A stretch of 64,000 nt of DNA from Octopus vulgaris. Its lineage: Eukaryota. The notes under the pieces are model-generated. The model saw nothing but the letters and a program-made list of their open reading frames with translations, had not been told where the DNA came from and made no database searches. Positions within the stretch are counted from its first letter, which is position 1, and each line of letters starts with the position of its first letter. This document shows, piece by piece, positions 26,530-42,158 of this stretch. The stretch spans positions 93,124,001-93,188,000 of the forward strand of contig OX597820.1 of assembly GCA_951406725.2 (NCBI GenBank), written 5' to 3'. The position numbers and the translations under genes were made by a program.

Positions 26530-27660
26530 ATCCATAACCACCGACTTTCCCTATCTATCTTTTCGCTCATGTCTTCTGCAATGTGACTGTACATTTTCCC
26601 CCTTTCCATACAATTTTTTGGCTTCGAGTTTTTTCCACTTTAAATTTCTCTTTCTCAACATAATTATCAATTTTGATGCCAGACTTCTTCATATGTATCA
26701 ACAATGGTCCCACAGCACTTTTACATCTTACCCTAACTGTTTTCCTCTCATTCAACACAGTCCTAACAATTGATCAAACTTCTCTTTCTTCTTGTCAAGT
26801 ACAACCGATCATGTCACTCTTGCGATGAAATACTCCGTGTCAATAATTTCCGTGTCTTCGTATCCATACTCATCAGTTCATTCTTTTATCAGCTCATGAT
26901 TCCAGCTCCATAGCTAAACGGTGCTACCGCCCATGCATTTAGTATTTGGAATTTAAAACATCTTGTCAATTTTGAGCACAATAATATTCGTAGTATTCTA
27001 AAATACTTTCTTCAATTCTTTCATTTCCTTCCCCCATGATTGCATTGAACTCTAGTATGCCAAGGTACCTATAGCTTTCCTTTTCATTACTTCCTAGTTT
27101 GTAAATTTGTAAACTCTATCCCTGCCAGGCACTGTAGCTTGTCTCTTTTTAGACTTGTTACATCACACTTCTTGAGTCCGAATTCCACCTTAAGATGTGT
27201 TATTAATAAGAAATTCTGCGGGTTTTTGTATCATCAGTTTTTGGTAGAAAAGTGGTAGTTCTTTCAGTCAGTCAGACATTTACTCATCATCTGAATGATA
27301 TAGCTGAAGATACTGCGAGATTTTCGTGTACATCTGTCAAACAATTCAACTAGAATTTAGTGATGCAGTCCAGCCCTGAGGATTTCCATTTGCTAGAATT
27401 TCTAAGTACACACTTTGATTCTTCTGTTTCCATCGCTTCCCATTCTTGTTCAACTTCATTCTTCCTTGCTTACGTTCTGTCCAGTCAACATCAGCATTGA
27501 ACTATTTTTCGTTGTTCCATACCTTTTTCCAGAACTCTTCCACTTCCTCAATCGCAGGTGTTCTTTTGCCTCTATCTTACTTTTACCAATTTCCCTAGAA
27601 AATTTGTTCGCTTCATGTATACATTTGCAGGCTATTAAAATAATCAAACCAGATTGTTCA
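26530..27660 (-). mobile_element. R4/Dong-type LINE RT remnant
   Basis: Minus-strand motifs KVEFGLKKC and ESYRYLGILE; many stops. Confidence 0.65.
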
Positions 27661-27767
27661 TTTACAAAGTCATGTGATAGAAAAAAGGAGAAGAAAGACA
27701 GAGAAAAAGGAAAATATATAAAATATAAAAGTAAACAAAGGAAATAAAGGGTAAAAAAAGGAAAGAA

Positions 27768-27950
27768 TTCACAGCGATAATGCTCTTCTCAATACGTGTG
27801 ATGTGTCAGTTAATACAATCTTTTGCACTTTCTGATTGGATAATAATCTAGGGATCATTCTTAAATAATTTTCAGTTCCTTTTTCGATCATTCCAAGTAT
27901 TCCTACAATAACTGGTATTGCAACCGTCTAGAGATACCATCTTTGCTCCT
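27768..27950 (-). mobile_element. R4/Dong-type LINE 3' fragment
   Basis: IPVIVGILGMI...KIVLTDTSHVLRRALSL; same terminus ttcacagcgataatgctcttctca as 29561. Confidence 0.7.
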
Positions 27951-28638
27951 ACTATTTTGTGGTATTATTAAATGTTGCTTAGTTTCGACTTTTGTCTTGT
28001 ACTTGAGATAACCATAAATATGTGAGGAGGGTAGGAGGATCAATATTAGCGGTTGGGAGGCAGTTGGCGGCAACCGTGGAGAATGGCAACGTACAGTAAA
28101 AGAGGGAATACAAAGGAGTGACAGAGAGAGAGAGGAGAAATGGAAAGAAAGGAAGAGACGTAAACAAGAGACTATGGCACTACAACTAGCCAGGAACAGT
28201 CTTCACTACATTTGCGGTACCTGCCAGAGGGAGTGTTTGTCCAGGATAGGACTACACAGCCACAGCAGGAAATGTATCAGGACATGAAATATAAAAGCCG
28301 GACTAGACTACTTCATGCGCAACTCCATTGTCTCCCGAGACAGAAAGGATGCCAATACAATAGGAGGAGATAGTAGGAGAAAGAGAAGCAGCTTGGTGAA
28401 TAAACTAAATTCCACAGGTCTGTGAACAGGTTCGGCAGATGGTGAGGGGATCAACTATGGGGCTTCGCATTCTTGTGCGATCAGGGTACAAAAGAAGCGT
28501 TATACCCCTGCGGTCAGCAGAGGTCAAATGTGTTTACTACTACCAGCAATCAATGAGAGCGCTAATCTTGGCCTTGGAAAGCACCATTTCACCTTGTCCT
28601 TTTTTAATTACAGATAGAAAAATAATAATAATAATAAT

Positions 28639-28682
<44 letters not shown>

Positions 28683-28904
28683 TGATGTTTACATCGTTGA
28701 ACTTTTGAATATTTTGATTTTTTGATTTTTTGAATTTTCCTTTTATTTTATAGGTTTTGCTGTGGTCTACAGTTTTCGTAATTGTGCAGTTTATATATAT
28801 ATGCAGGTGCTATTCTGCTTAATTTTTATCGTACGATTAATTTGTTGCAATAAAAGGTATGTTTACATATTCGAGTAGACAGGAAGAAAAAAAGGGTAAA
28901 ATTT

Positions 28905-29210
28905 TCACAGAAAATTGTAGATATTAAAGTTTTAAATATTCTAAAGATGATCGTTTGTATGTCCGGACAAAAAAAACTGTAGTGTTCTCAGAATAAAAAA
29001 GTATGTTTAGATTTTCGAATATTCAGAGAGAAAGGAAAAGTTTGGTATTCACAGAAGTTGTAAATATTAAAGATTTTAAAAGTTTTTAAAGATGATCGTT
29101 TGGGTGTTGGTCCAGAGAAAATTGTAGATATGTAAGTTTCTAACCTTCTTATGGTGGAAATGTTAAAATGCTCACAGGAGATTGTAGATGTTCCAGTTTT
29201 TGAAAGTTGT
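28905..29210. repeat. Degenerate tandem repeat (aaaattgtagatattaaagtttt...aaagatgatcgtttg)
   Basis: Unit recurs near 28911, 29057, 29118 and 29180. Confidence 0.6.
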
Positions 29211-29343
29211 TTTACTGTTGTTCTGTTGGGTTGTATTAGTGTTTTTGTATCTTCGGCAACTGACTGGTCAGCGCAACGAAGGACGCATCCAGCCACTGTC
29301 AAGTCTAGTGCGTTGTTGTTGATGTTGTTGCTTTTTAACGTTG

Positions 29344-29392
<49 letters not shown>

Positions 29393-29539
29393 GTTTTTTC
29401 CTTCTTTCTTCAAATTTTCTTCCGTTTCTCGCCGAGTGTTTTCCATACATCTAGGGCAGAGAAGCTCATTGTATGCATTCCCAGATTACACGTGCAAATT
29501 CACAGATAAAATATGTTTTTTAAAACTAATAAATAAATA

Positions 29540-30870
<1,331 letters not shown>

Positions 30871-31352
30871 TACTCGTCATTGTTTAATACTTTTCAAAAT
30901 CTTTCTTGCATCGATGTCGACATGAGAGCAGAATTATTTCGCGGTTGACATAAATTTAATACGAGACGATAAGAATGTGTTAAACTAAGAAAATACGAAG
31001 CGGTAGCCACAAAATAAAGAATGTTTCTGACTTTGCTTTCTTTTTTTTTTTTTTTTTTGGTTTGGGTTTTTGTAAGAGAGAAATCTAACATTTAATGTAG
31101 TATCAAACAAAAACAATTACATCAATTCTAATACTTAGATGAACAAACAAAATTTAGCGTTCAATTACGCATCAGAACAACAACACTACAACAAATACAA
31201 TAACAACAGTAACACGTGTTACTAAGTAGCGAAATATTTGTAATATTGACTCAGTGAAATACAACATTTATTTTCATTGCAGAAAACTCAAGAGCAAACT
31301 GAATGGAATTGTCAAATAGTTGTTATATATGTATGTGTGTTTAGATAGATAT

Positions 31353-31405
<53 letters not shown>

Positions 31406-31670
31406 CCGACAGGAGAAACGGATATAGATATATTCATTTATGTATGTATATATTCATGTTTGTTTGAGTGTGTATGTACATACGTATTTATAACATACAT
31501 ACACATACATACGTTCATATATATATATATATATATATAGATATATATATATATACGTATTGACATACATACATATATATATATATGTATGTATGTGTAT
31601 ATATATATATATATATATACATACATATATATATAAATTCGTATGTATATATCTATCTCTCTGTCTTTCT

Positions 31671-31744
<74 letters not shown>

Positions 31745-32185
31745 AGAATGTATATATGCATGTATATGTAGTTATATATATATGTGTGTGTGTGTATGTA
31801 TGTATATTTAAATAAACACAGAAAGACATACATATATACATACATCCATATGCACACGCATACACATACAATATGATAAAAGAGCGTTTATATTTGCTTC
31901 TGCATCGCTCAACTTACCATTGGTTTACCTCTCATAGCATCTCATCTATCATTATGTTTTGAGTCATAATATTTTATCAGAAATTCTGTAAATGCCAGAT
32001 TAGATAAATCGCTTCTATGTCAATTTTGTATCTGATGTTTTATTTTCCTTTGATGGCGTATTGAAGTCCTACAAAAAAAGATATGATATCGGCTGAATGT
32101 CCTTTGTGAGATTCCTTCAACTCTGATATTTATTATAAGGTATAGTGTTAGACAGATACACACACACACACAAACACACACTTAC

Positions 32186-32263
<78 letters not shown>

Positions 32264-32305
32264 CGTGTATACATTAATGTATTTCTGCATAGTCCCACAC
32301 ATACC

Positions 32306-32336
<31 letters not shown>

Positions 32337-33873
32337 GTGTATATATATATGTGTGTGTGTGTGTGTTAATGTGTGTTTCTGTGTGTGTATATATGTGTGT
32401 GTGTGTGTTAATGTGTGTTTCTGTGTGTGTATATGTGTGTGTGTATGTGTGTATAAGTGTGTGTGTGTGTGTGCGTTCAGTATTATTTTTCGGTTAAATT
32501 GCAATTTTATGTAAGATTAAGATATATACTTCAAACCTTTCATTCTACATGTGTAGCAATGCTTCATAACGTTTGAAAGTTTCAAGAAGAATTTTTCTAC
32601 AGAGATTTCTTAATTCTTTGAATTTAGCTTAAATGACATCGTAAACTTTAAAAAAAAATTAATACTAGATATTTGCATTTGAAAAAAGCCACCATAAATT
32701 ATATATAATTACTTTAACTAATATAGTAAAGATATATCCTTTTATGACTTCATTTAAATACCAGTGTATTAGGGCCATCAGAAATTACTGTTAAGCATTT
32801 TTACAATGAATTCCGTGTTGAAAGTCTTTGTTGCTGTAATCATACAATGTTAGTTTTTCTATGATTTTCATATTTATTATAACTGTTTATATACGAATCT
32901 TTGTTGCTCGGATATTTTATTTATTTGTTTTTCTTTATTTTCCATCACTTCGGCAAGACATTAGGTTCAGTAAACTACGTTCATGAATGAATGATGAAAT
33001 ATGACTTATTCACTTTCGTAATACTTAGTCAATTCATGAATTTCTTACACTACACACTTACTGTTGTTCTCAACACACATTAATTTGAAACTAAAGCAGT
33101 GTGAGATCATTAGAAAAACTATGTTTTCCCTTTGACCGCACGCTACTTTACACCCAAATTTTGCCCATACTCATTCATCAAAATATATGGTTATACCATG
33201 TGTATTGTGACTATATTAGATTCTGTGGGCGACAACGAGGAGGTATACACGGTAGAGTGCCGGACAAGATATATCAAAATATTTAGTGATATTACTTTTT
33301 GCTTTGAGCTCGAATCCCATCTAAGACTATCTTCCATCGTTGTCAGATGACAAAAACAAGTACTATATATGTAGTGACGTGTTTTTTTCGAAAGTTCATA
33401 ACCCGATTCTCTTCCTACATTACTTGGATATTGTGACAAAGTTACAAATTATATTAAATTAAAGTTTTCCACCAGTGATTCTTGTTTCTTATTTAAGAAT
33501 GAAATATGGAAGCAAAAAAAGTGCTTGCATATATACTCTTCCCAGTAAATTGAGTATGTCAACCAGAAACAAATTTCATTACTATAGTTAATATATTTAT
33601 TGTCAGCAGTAAATGTTACGTTCAAAACATTTTTTCCGGTAGCACTGTTTTCAAGATGGCTCTTGTTATCCAAGTTAGTTTTATTTATGCATACTAAAAA
33701 TCTATGCATACTGAAAATCGATTTTAAATTGATTTTTAGTAGATTATTTTTTTGTATCACTTATTTGAATAGACACTTAAGCACCTATATACATACACAC
33801 AGAAACACACAGATATATGTGTGTGTGAGTGTGTGTGTATGTATGTATGTATTTATGCATGTATGTATATATG

Positions 33874-33937
<64 letters not shown>

Positions 33938-34239
33938 TATATATATACACACACAAAGAAAATGTATTCTACTAAAAGTATTGAATAACCATCGCTTGAA
34001 TATTTTAATGTAAAATTGTTTTGCATGTTTATCAAAAAGCTACAATTCACATGGAGGACTGAAGCGACACTTGAACATTCATAATAGACGAGCAGAAAAT
34101 TGAGTCAATAGTGAAGTGGGACATTGCAGTAATATAATGGACTATTTCCCATACATCGAAATTGTTGACCTTGTGCCAAACTTTGAAACCTATGTATATG
34201 TGACACAAGTGTATATATGCATATATAGTCGCCATGATA

Positions 34240-34438
34240 GATCGGTAGCCACTACACACATTTTTTTCTCTCCTTGTTTCGCTCCTTGTTTTTTTTTTCT
34301 GTGTCCCCTTCTGTAGAAGAGCGTAGGCTCGAAACGTAAAAGACTTTTTCAATTCCTGAGCGTTATACTAATACATCTGTTTGTTTTATACACCTCCTGT
34401 CTTCGTCTTTTGGTTATTTTTTCGTGAACTCTCCCTAT
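34240..34438 (+). mobile_element. PLE-like terminal repeat fragment with variant HHR motif, copy 1
   Basis: ctgtagaagagcgtaggctcgaaacgtaaaagac...gagcgt...cctgtcttcgtctttt; shared with 42005-42158. Confidence 0.7.
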
Positions 34439-36829
34439 ATATGCATGTATGTGCATAAATGTTGTATATCAACGTCTACAGCAATAGGCATCTTCATTTA
34501 CCGACAGATACGCTCCCACACTGCCAAATCCTGTCATGCGTTAAAAGCGTAAATTGCCTCACAGGGATTCACACATCTACAATAATAATTTTTAACAAAC
34601 ATCCATCATGCTCTAACCGAGCCTACATAACCGCTTCTGCTGTAGCAGCCACCAGAATATACAGATATGCATAAACAGGCTGGACAATGAAGAGGATTCA
34701 ACACAATCAGACAAACCTTTCCACCAATTTGTTGCATGTACAGAAATGATGTACTTGTACTTTCATGTAAAATGAACAGACAAATTCATTGTTAGATTTG
34801 GAAAAAAAATGAGACGTTTATTCAAGATTTTGTGTTTAAATATAACAATTTCTAGTACTCTAACAATGGCTGTCTTGGATATTTCACCAGGTCTTAAGGC
34901 CTTATAAATACAACCATCATATGAAGCTAAACATGGCGACAGTATATATAAAAATAATACTGCGCTCACTTCAGCTACAATTAGAAACCCCATAGAGGAC
35001 ATAAGTGGAGAGATTTACTATCAATCCTCTCATAGAGAAATATGCATAAAAGCAACGTTCCTCAAAAACGAAGCTCTAACCGGACGTGCGTTTAGTTACA
35101 TCATAGTTTTTATAATGAAACCCACATCTACTCCGATTTCAAGGAGAACCAAGAAGCTGAAAGTCATCTGCTTAAAACAGCTCATAAGTTAAACGTCACT
35201 ACTAATAACGCTAGACATTTCTATTTCTCGTTGGCTCATCCAGTGGATGAGCAACCAATAAACGACCATCTCCCAAGCTGAACGCTGCAAAATTATGTGA
35301 GCATCATTAGCTGCTAACCTACATACATTTTTGTGTTTATTTACATTTATACTTCTATAATATATTATATATATATATATACACTTCATTATTTGTGGGC
35401 TAACAAGATTACGAATGCTTTCATGTAAAGAGTTCTTTACAATTGTTCAAACATACCGCATGAGAACGTTAGAAATTGTCTCCAAAATACAGGACGTTTA
35501 CGTCTAAATTTCACATCCCAATAACAGAGAAATTCTTTCTCTGCTGTTGCTGCATTTTCTTTCGAAATCATAGAGAACTGAGTCAATAACGCTAATTTCT
35601 ACAGAAATTTCATTGACAGAGCTACTTTCCACTTTACCAAGGCCCTTGACAGGATGGTTTTAGTTATGAGGGACTATATAGTGAACCCCAGCATCTATTC
35701 CGAATCCAAGCAGAAACAGGAAGTCATCTAGTTTAATCCACCTTATAATTTAGAAGCTTCTACAAATATTGCCAGAAATCTCTATCTTTTGTAAGGCGCC
35801 ACTCCCTGACAATGCATAAATAACACAACCTTTTCGACTCATGTTATAGTGAATAATTCTTGAGTAAATAAAATTACTTCGAGCATTGCATGCCATTATC
35901 TGAAACACGCATTTGTACTGAGTAGACCCCTCCCTCCCAGTAACCCAGCTGCAATTGCTGAGATCGGAACATTTGTGCACTGGAAAGTGCTCTGCAGGAC
36001 TATAATGTATAGCGCAACGTTCTCCCGAGTAGATAGTGTTCCCGAAGAACTGTACTGAGATCACCACAAACAGCTTCAAGAGCCGATTTAGTTAACATCA
36101 TCATTCCTATAGGTCCAGAGACAGTGGTAAATTTTCTTTTCTATCCCATTTCCAAATGTAGACGAAAACAATGTAGAAGCCCGTCAGAAGGAGCTTTCCT
36201 GTTCTTGGGTAGCATACCTAACCCGACGCCTAGTTTCACCAGCACCACCACGTATCATTTGTGTGTATTAACAGAGTCCACTCTGTTGCTGCTACTCTGA
36301 TTTGGTCTTCGGTCGGTAGTAACTTTTTCGCTTCCTCCCAATTCAAAGATCCTAGAAACAAGCCATCGGTGCTGACCTGGTGACATATTTTCCTCTAAGT
36401 TATTAGAAATATATATAAACGTAGCTTATTCATTTTACTTCGTTCTCTCACTAAACATCATTTCACCTTCAATTGCTACGAACTACCTTTAATTAGATCA
36501 CCACGCAAGGGCAAGTGGGGTTGTGTTTTTGTTTTGTTTTTTTTTCTTTTTTTAAATGTTGTTTGTATGTGAAGAAATTGTGTTGTAACTGATATTCTTG
36601 ACTATTGCAAATATATTCGAGAAAACCCTAGAGAATACGAAGCCGGACGACATGGAAATACAACCCTATTTAATTTTCCCAGAAGTGCAATTTGCATCAT
36701 TTATACTGCATTAATGCCACAACATCACGTTCTGGATAAAACTTCCCAACATCTAAAATATATTTGTTTCACTTTATTTTTATTCTTTGTGTCTTTTCAA
36801 GAGAAAAACTGCAATATTTCATTCAACTT

Positions 36830-37440
36830 TTCCTTTCTTCTTCTTTCCTTTAATTCTCTTCTTTTTAATCTAAATTTTGATTAATCTAAGTTTCGATTCC
36901 CCCGTCTCCACTTTCTATTACTCAAACTATCTCACATTTTTATTCTATTCTCTCTTTCTCTATTTCCCATTCATTTCCCTCACTCTGTTCCTTCCGTTCT
37001 TATTCCATCCTTTTATTTGCTCTCCCATTCCATTCACTAGCTTTCTCTATTTCTTTCTTTCATTCCACCCTTTTGCTATCCATTTGTCACTCTCCCTATT
37101 TCTAATCTCTCTCCCTTCTCTCTTTCTCCTTCTTTCGCCCTCCTTCACCCTCTCCCTCCTTCCCTCTCTACTTCTTTCTTTCTCGCCATGCTCTCAGATT
37201 CTCTCTCACAAATTCTCATCTTCCCTCTTTACATCTCACACTTTATCACTTGATGTAAATCCTCAACTTTCATATATCACTATCTTTCTGCTTGTCTACC
37301 TGTTTACTCACTATTTAACTCCACTTCTTTCCCTCTCTCTTTCTCTCTTTTTCTCCCTTTCTCTCTCCTCTCTTTCCCTCAATCTCTAACCCTCTCATCT
37401 ATTCTCTCTGTCCATTTCTCTCTCAATGCATCTATTTCTT
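36830..37440. repeat. Polypyrimidine (CT-rich) low-complexity tract
   Basis: Directly visible. Confidence 0.85.
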
Positions 37441-38160
37441 ATTCGTTGATAATTGTTCTAATACTGAGAGGAGAATTTCCAAATTTGCCAGCTGTTACCA
37501 ATCCATATGTAGTTTGACATTTCTCGCTAATCGCTTCATTCCTTGTAGCTTAATGACCAAAGTAATATTGAACATACGATATTTAACATCGGAAAACCAT
37601 GTCGCAGCGAGGCGATTTAAATGCGATGTTTTCCCTTAGGATGAATATATCTCGGATGAAGAAAAAAATTATCAGAATTAGTGCTGGTGGGGGTGAATAA
37701 ATGTGTTGGTTCGGTTACAGAGGAATTAACTATTGTATCCTTAATATGCTCTTAATCTCTCTACAGAAGTTTTGAATTTCATGATATGCATATGTTCACC
37801 CACTCACAACCCATCTCACACATACACGCACACGCGCGCGCGCGCAGAACACACGTATACGTACATGTATGCATACATACGTACAGAAATGCATGCACGT
37901 GTGCATACATGCATATATTAAGATGTCGTTTTACTAGCGATCATGCAAAAGTGTCATTCATTCTACAGATATTTAAAATGCTCAGTCGAACATCATGTAT
38001 GTGTGCTAGTGTATATGTATGTATAGGCGCGTGTATGTATATATATATGTGTGTGTATGTGTGTGTATGTGTGTGTGTGTGTGTGTGTGTCACGAATCTA
38101 TTTCTAAGTGTATATATATATACATAAATATATACATATATATCTATACATATATATATG

Positions 38161-38204
<44 letters not shown>

Positions 38205-38232
38205 TACATATGTATATATGAATATATATGTG

Positions 38233-38275
<43 letters not shown>

Positions 38276-38277
38276 TT

Positions 38278-38314
<37 letters not shown>

Positions 38315-39949
38315 ATGTATATATATATGTATATATTTATATATTTATATATATATAACACATAAAGATTATATTTTTATAGACTTCTAATACGAAGAAT
38401 TATTTGTTTGCATTTATGCTTACATTTTAAGAATTTCTTTTTGTAAACCCTTTTTAAAAAAAATAATAATAATAATAAGTAAAAATACAATATTATATTA
38501 AACCTTCAGCTGGTTTATTTCCCAAATCTTCCCTGTCAATTACTTACTCGTTAACAATATAGAAATACCACTTATATTTCAACACTTCGATTTTGATATT
38601 TTTCTCGAAAAAAAAATACTCTTTTAATAAAAAATATAAATTGTTGAGAAACAAGTTAAAAATACTACAAAAACTCCTTCAAAAATAGATTACAATCAGA
38701 GAAAGTATTTTCAGAGATAACTTTTACCCACTCGTTGTTGGAAAAGATGGGTCTCTTCTGTTTTTACCTTTTTGTTTTGCTTTATTGTTTGTTTGATGTT
38801 TGGTTTGCTTTTGTTTGTTTGTTTGTTTTTTTTTCTTGTAATTGATTTGTGAAAACGTTTATTCCATTCTCGGCAATGAATATGTTTCGAAAATAAAACA
38901 CAATATTTTATATTGCCTGGATTTCTATTTTACTCGCAATATTTCTTATTTTTAACACCACTTTAATAAATCTCCCCAGGATATGGAATTTGCAAATGCT
39001 AAATATCAATTGAGGACGATGACGATGTCGTCGATGGTGGCAACAACGATGGTGCTAAGACAACGACGTCAGCAGCGATATTTTTATTGTTATATTTTAT
39101 GAAAATATCTGAGTTTTACGAAGAGTTAACTGCTGTCGTTATACCTGACAGTTGTAGTTAAAAGCAATATAGCTTCCTAATGTAGTAAAGACTCTAATTA
39201 TTGAAGGTTTTGATTTCATTTTATCATATTTTTATCTTGTTGTCGTCGTACTAACTCAGCTATAGTTTCCATACAGTACAAGCAAATGTCAGGCTGTATT
39301 GACTACTAGAATATATCTCAATGGTGCATTCTGCAAGGAAAACTTATAGTTAAACACACGTTTAACTACTTATACTTATAGCAACGAATGGCGGATGTAG
39401 CTTTTAATCAAAGGAAATGATAAGCTACAATAAAATAATCTCAGAAGAGAGATAATTCACTATATTTTCGATCAAAGAAAAATAAAAAGCAAGAGAAGAT
39501 GGGAAGCAAAGTAATTTTGATAGTCGGCAACTGTAGCAACAATTCTGGACAGATTTCGGTCTTGTTAGCTTTCCTCAGATATATATTATCTATTCATTGT
39601 TATATACGATCTTTCAGAATAATATATACTGTACTATACAATATATTTGTAGATTTTACACTAATATTGCATATATAGACAAGTGTTAACACCTTGCTTT
39701 TATAGAATATACTCTAAATTCTAAAGCACGATCGAAAGTATTCCGGTTAATCCATTTTTACAGTCTATGAACATATTTTATATAAGGATGAGGTGTTTAC
39801 ATCAATTTGTGCTGAGTGTTATTCAAAAATATATAAATAAAGTCTTTAGTATAATGTTGCATTGAAACAAAACGCTATTAGCGAATCAGTAATGTATTAA
39901 TCGAACTAGTGAACAAGAATGCTTCATAGGCAAATGCCCACGCATGCCT

Positions 39950-41430
39950 ATTAGTTTACCAAATCCAAGATAAGAATAAATCACATACTTTGTGTGTATG
40001 ACCTCAAGCTATATACAAAAGAAAATGAGATAGACTAAGACTGTTTGATCCAAACAGCGAGAGTATTCAGTAAAGATACTGGAATGCAGCTTAGGCTAAA
40101 TAAGTGCGAAGTACTAATTATAAAAACAGCTGGAAGATAAACTCTGATGGCATAAAATTACTACAAGACAACATTATTTCATTGCTTTGGTATAATAAGG
40201 GTACAAATATATAGGAGTATTGAAAGACAACAGGATAATGGAAAGAGAAATGAGAGAGAAAATCACTAAACAATACAAGAGAAGAATTAGGAAGATGTTC
40301 GAAACAAAATTAAATGGAGGGAACATCATTACAGCCATAGATACATGGGTTATGCTCATATTGAGAGATTCTGCTCCGTCTCTGAAATTGGCAACGATCG
40401 AGCAATATAACTCGGATAAATGAACTAGAAAACAGCGCACAATGCACAACGCATTCCAGTCTAAAAGCAATTCAGATTGACTCTACTAGCTAAGAAAGAA
40501 AGTGGAGGTGCCAGAGGATTACTAAAAGCAGAAGACAATGTTAGTATTGCGGTGCTAGGTCTCAGCAACTGTTGTGCAAAGTAAAGAAATTATACTGTCG
40601 ACTGCCAAAGATAACCAAAAAGTGACTGAAACAGTAGGAGAATTCAAAGAGAAAAGAAAGAAGTACAGAACAAACTGGAAAGAAGTGAAACTACATGGTC
40701 TATTCATACAACAAACCAAGAATATTGGAAGTAAAGATCGCTGGCTCTGGCTGATGGACAGGAACTTCAAACGAGATACAGAAATGCTAATTATAGCCAC
40801 TCAGGAACAAGCTCTTAGAAAAAATCTGATAAAGGCTTAAATGTACAAAACTCAGTCAGACAGCAAATATAGAATCTGTAGGAAAGGATAGAATCAATCA
40901 CTTTTTGAGTGAGTGTAGTATACTAGCACAAAAAGTGTATAAGCGCAGAAATGACTGTATAGGCAAAAAAGTGTATTAGGATTTTAGCCGGTTGTGTGAC
41001 TTCAAAAGAACAGAAATGTGATACGAACATAAACCAGAGGCTATGATAAAGAAAAATGAGAATTACAAGATCTTGTGTGATTTCTCTTTAAAAGACTGGC
41101 GATACTATTGGAGCAAGAATGCCGGATATGATTATATAGGACAAAATAAACAGAGTAAGATCATAGATTTTGCAATACCCTATGGATAGAAGAGTCGATA
41201 GCAAAGAAATTTTTTAAATCGATAAGTATCAAGATCTACCCAGATAGTTGAGGAGACTGTGGAAGACTAAGGCAACAATTATTCCTGTAGTAACTGGTGT
41301 ACTTGGCACATCTAAAATGCAACCTAAAAGCCTGTAAGAAATTGGAATCGAAACTCGCACGGCCGAAACGCCCCATCCTATGCTCTGCAAGGTTCCTTAG
41401 GAATATCCTTGAGATTTGTTGGACTTGTCA
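39950..41430 (+). mobile_element. R4/Dong-type LINE remnant (RT C-terminal half, zinc knuckle, REL endonuclease)
   Basis: YDLKLY; FSKDTGMQLRLNKC; YKYIGV; TKLNGGNIITAIDTW; LHGLF..WLWL..DTEMLIIATQEQAL; ILCDF; RMPDMII; IIDFAIP; KYQDL; IPVVTGVLG; many stops and frameshifts. Confidence 0.88.
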
Positions 41431-41472
41431 CCAGACATCAAAATAAAATATCTGTTAACAAATTAGCATGCA

Positions 41473-41473
41473 C

Positions 41474-41522
<49 letters not shown>

Positions 41523-41624
41523 GGTGGTGGTGGTGGTGGTGGTGGTGGTGGTGGTGGTGGTGGTGGCGGCGGTGGTGGTGGCGGCGGTGGTGGTGGCGGC
41601 GGTGGAGGTGGCGGCGGCGGCGGC

Positions 41625-41688
<64 letters not shown>
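41473..41688. repeat. (TAG)n-(TGG/CGG)n-(TAG)n compound microsatellite
   Basis: Directly visible. Confidence 0.95.
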
Positions 41689-41878
41689 TAACAATAATTT
41701 TATTAGCCACAGGATTCCCAAAGTTGCAAAAATCTACAAAAATTCCACTGTGGCTGGCAAAGAAACAAACGACGAATCGGAATGAAGAAAAACACAATTA
41801 CAAATTACGATGGAGGGGATAAGAAACTTTATACAATATATGTAAAAACGTACTGAGAACTTTTAGGGTATACACATA

Positions 41879-41977
<99 letters not shown>

Positions 41978-42004
41978 ACATACAAACACACAGAAACATA
42001 CTTC

Positions 42005-42158
42005 TAAATTCGCACGTTTTTTATTCTCTCTGTTTCTTTTCTCTTATTCCTTTCTGTTGAAGAGCGTAGGCTCGAAACGTAAAAGACTCGTTCACTTTCC
42101 CGAGCGTCAAACTCATAAACCTGTCTTCGTCTTTTGTTTTTCTGTAAATTTCAACTAT
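42005..42158 (+). mobile_element. PLE-like terminal repeat fragment with variant HHR motif, copy 2
   Basis: cttt-ctgttga-a-gagc(gtag)gctc-gaaac-gta-aaag; matches 34240-34438. Confidence 0.7.

Noticed and set aside
35000-36350. Possible additional LINE remnants (FTKALDR resembling DFxKAFD)
   Set aside because: Single short motif; too decayed to define boundaries or clade
41409-41822. Poly-Ser/Gly or poly-Pro ORFs
   Set aside because: Microsatellite artefacts
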